Shown here: piece by piece, positions 63,760 through 64,000 of the stretch
Position numbering within the stretch: the stretch's first letter is position 1
Layout: each line of letters begins with the position of its first letter
Source of the DNA: Podarcis erhardii
Lineage: Eukaryota
DNA: 64,000 bases
NCBI GenBank assembly: GCA_964252035.1
Contig: OZ176203.1
Reading direction: 5' to 3' (one strand)
Notes under the pieces: generated by a model
Told to the model about the DNA's origin: nothing
The model's input: only the letters and a program-made list of their open reading frames with translations
The model's database searches: none
Made by a program: the position numbers and the translations under genes

Positions 63760-64000
63760 GTTTGGCGTAATGGTGGAGGTGCTGTTGGTCCAGAAATTTT
63801 AGTTGCTCCTCAGTCGCTCAGTAGTCAGTGTAGATTCTGTTTTCTCAATCAGCAGCTACATCTGGCTACTGGGTCTCTGAAGACATCTTGTGGCATCTCT
63901 TCACTGATGACTATTTGGATACCTTGAACTGCTGTTACTTTTCCATGATACAAAAAAAAATTATTCAGTAATGTCCAGAGCTATGTCTAAAAATGGTTTT
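63760..64000 (+). other. Downstream exon (5' UTR portion; runs off the window; possible start ATG 63971, MSRAMSKMV...)
   Basis: Strong acceptor TCTTATTCTTTTTCTACAG|G with a 26-nt AG-free zone, a composition change after it, and no convincing donor before the window end. The start codon and gene identity are unverified. Confidence 0.7.

Noticed and set aside
63971-64000. Resemblance of MSRAMSKMV(F/L) to the MOB3B N-terminus (MSIALKQVF), and of the locus layout to ASH1L, CHD7 or BCL9
   Set aside because: The matches are partial and from memory. These N-termini are normally well conserved and do not fit, so no gene symbol is assigned.
1-64000. CRISPR arrays, operons, rRNA/tRNA genes, intact transposase or RT genes
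   Set aside because: None seen. The DNA is vertebrate intronic sequence and all TE coding remnants are broken.

Overview
This is vertebrate genomic DNA, not prokaryotic. The SINE content (Sauria/Squam1, Squam2-like, Squam3-like) points to a squamate reptile, probably a lacertid lizard. The window reads as the 5' end of one large + strand gene that I could not name. It has a CpG-island promoter at ~1-1750 with three candidate first-exon donors (551, 1199, 1402) and a (GCC)12 tract, then a ~62 kb first intron, then a strong splice acceptor at 63759 opening an exon that runs off the window (possible start ATG at 63971). The intron contains two TE-poor, motif-dense blocks (~21.4-23.1 kb and ~45.6-46.3 kb) that look like alternative promoters or exons with consensus splice sites. 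The rest is LINE relics (L2, CR1, RTE, BovB, L1), SINEs, TA-flanked MITEs, an unclassified ~90-bp palindromic repeat family and microsatellites. No complete protein-coding gene, RNA gene or CRISPR array is supported, and nearly all ORFs in the supplied track are spurious or TE debris. The most interesting signal is in the candidate 5' exons. Three of them place an ATG in the same phase so that all stop at one TAA, which overlaps a new ATG (TAATG). A separate exon chain (22594-22620 + 46100-46276 + 63760-63927) spells an uninterrupted 123-codon ORF. Both are inferences from splice signals and need RNA or ribosome data. TE family names come from recall of consensus sequences, not from a database search.
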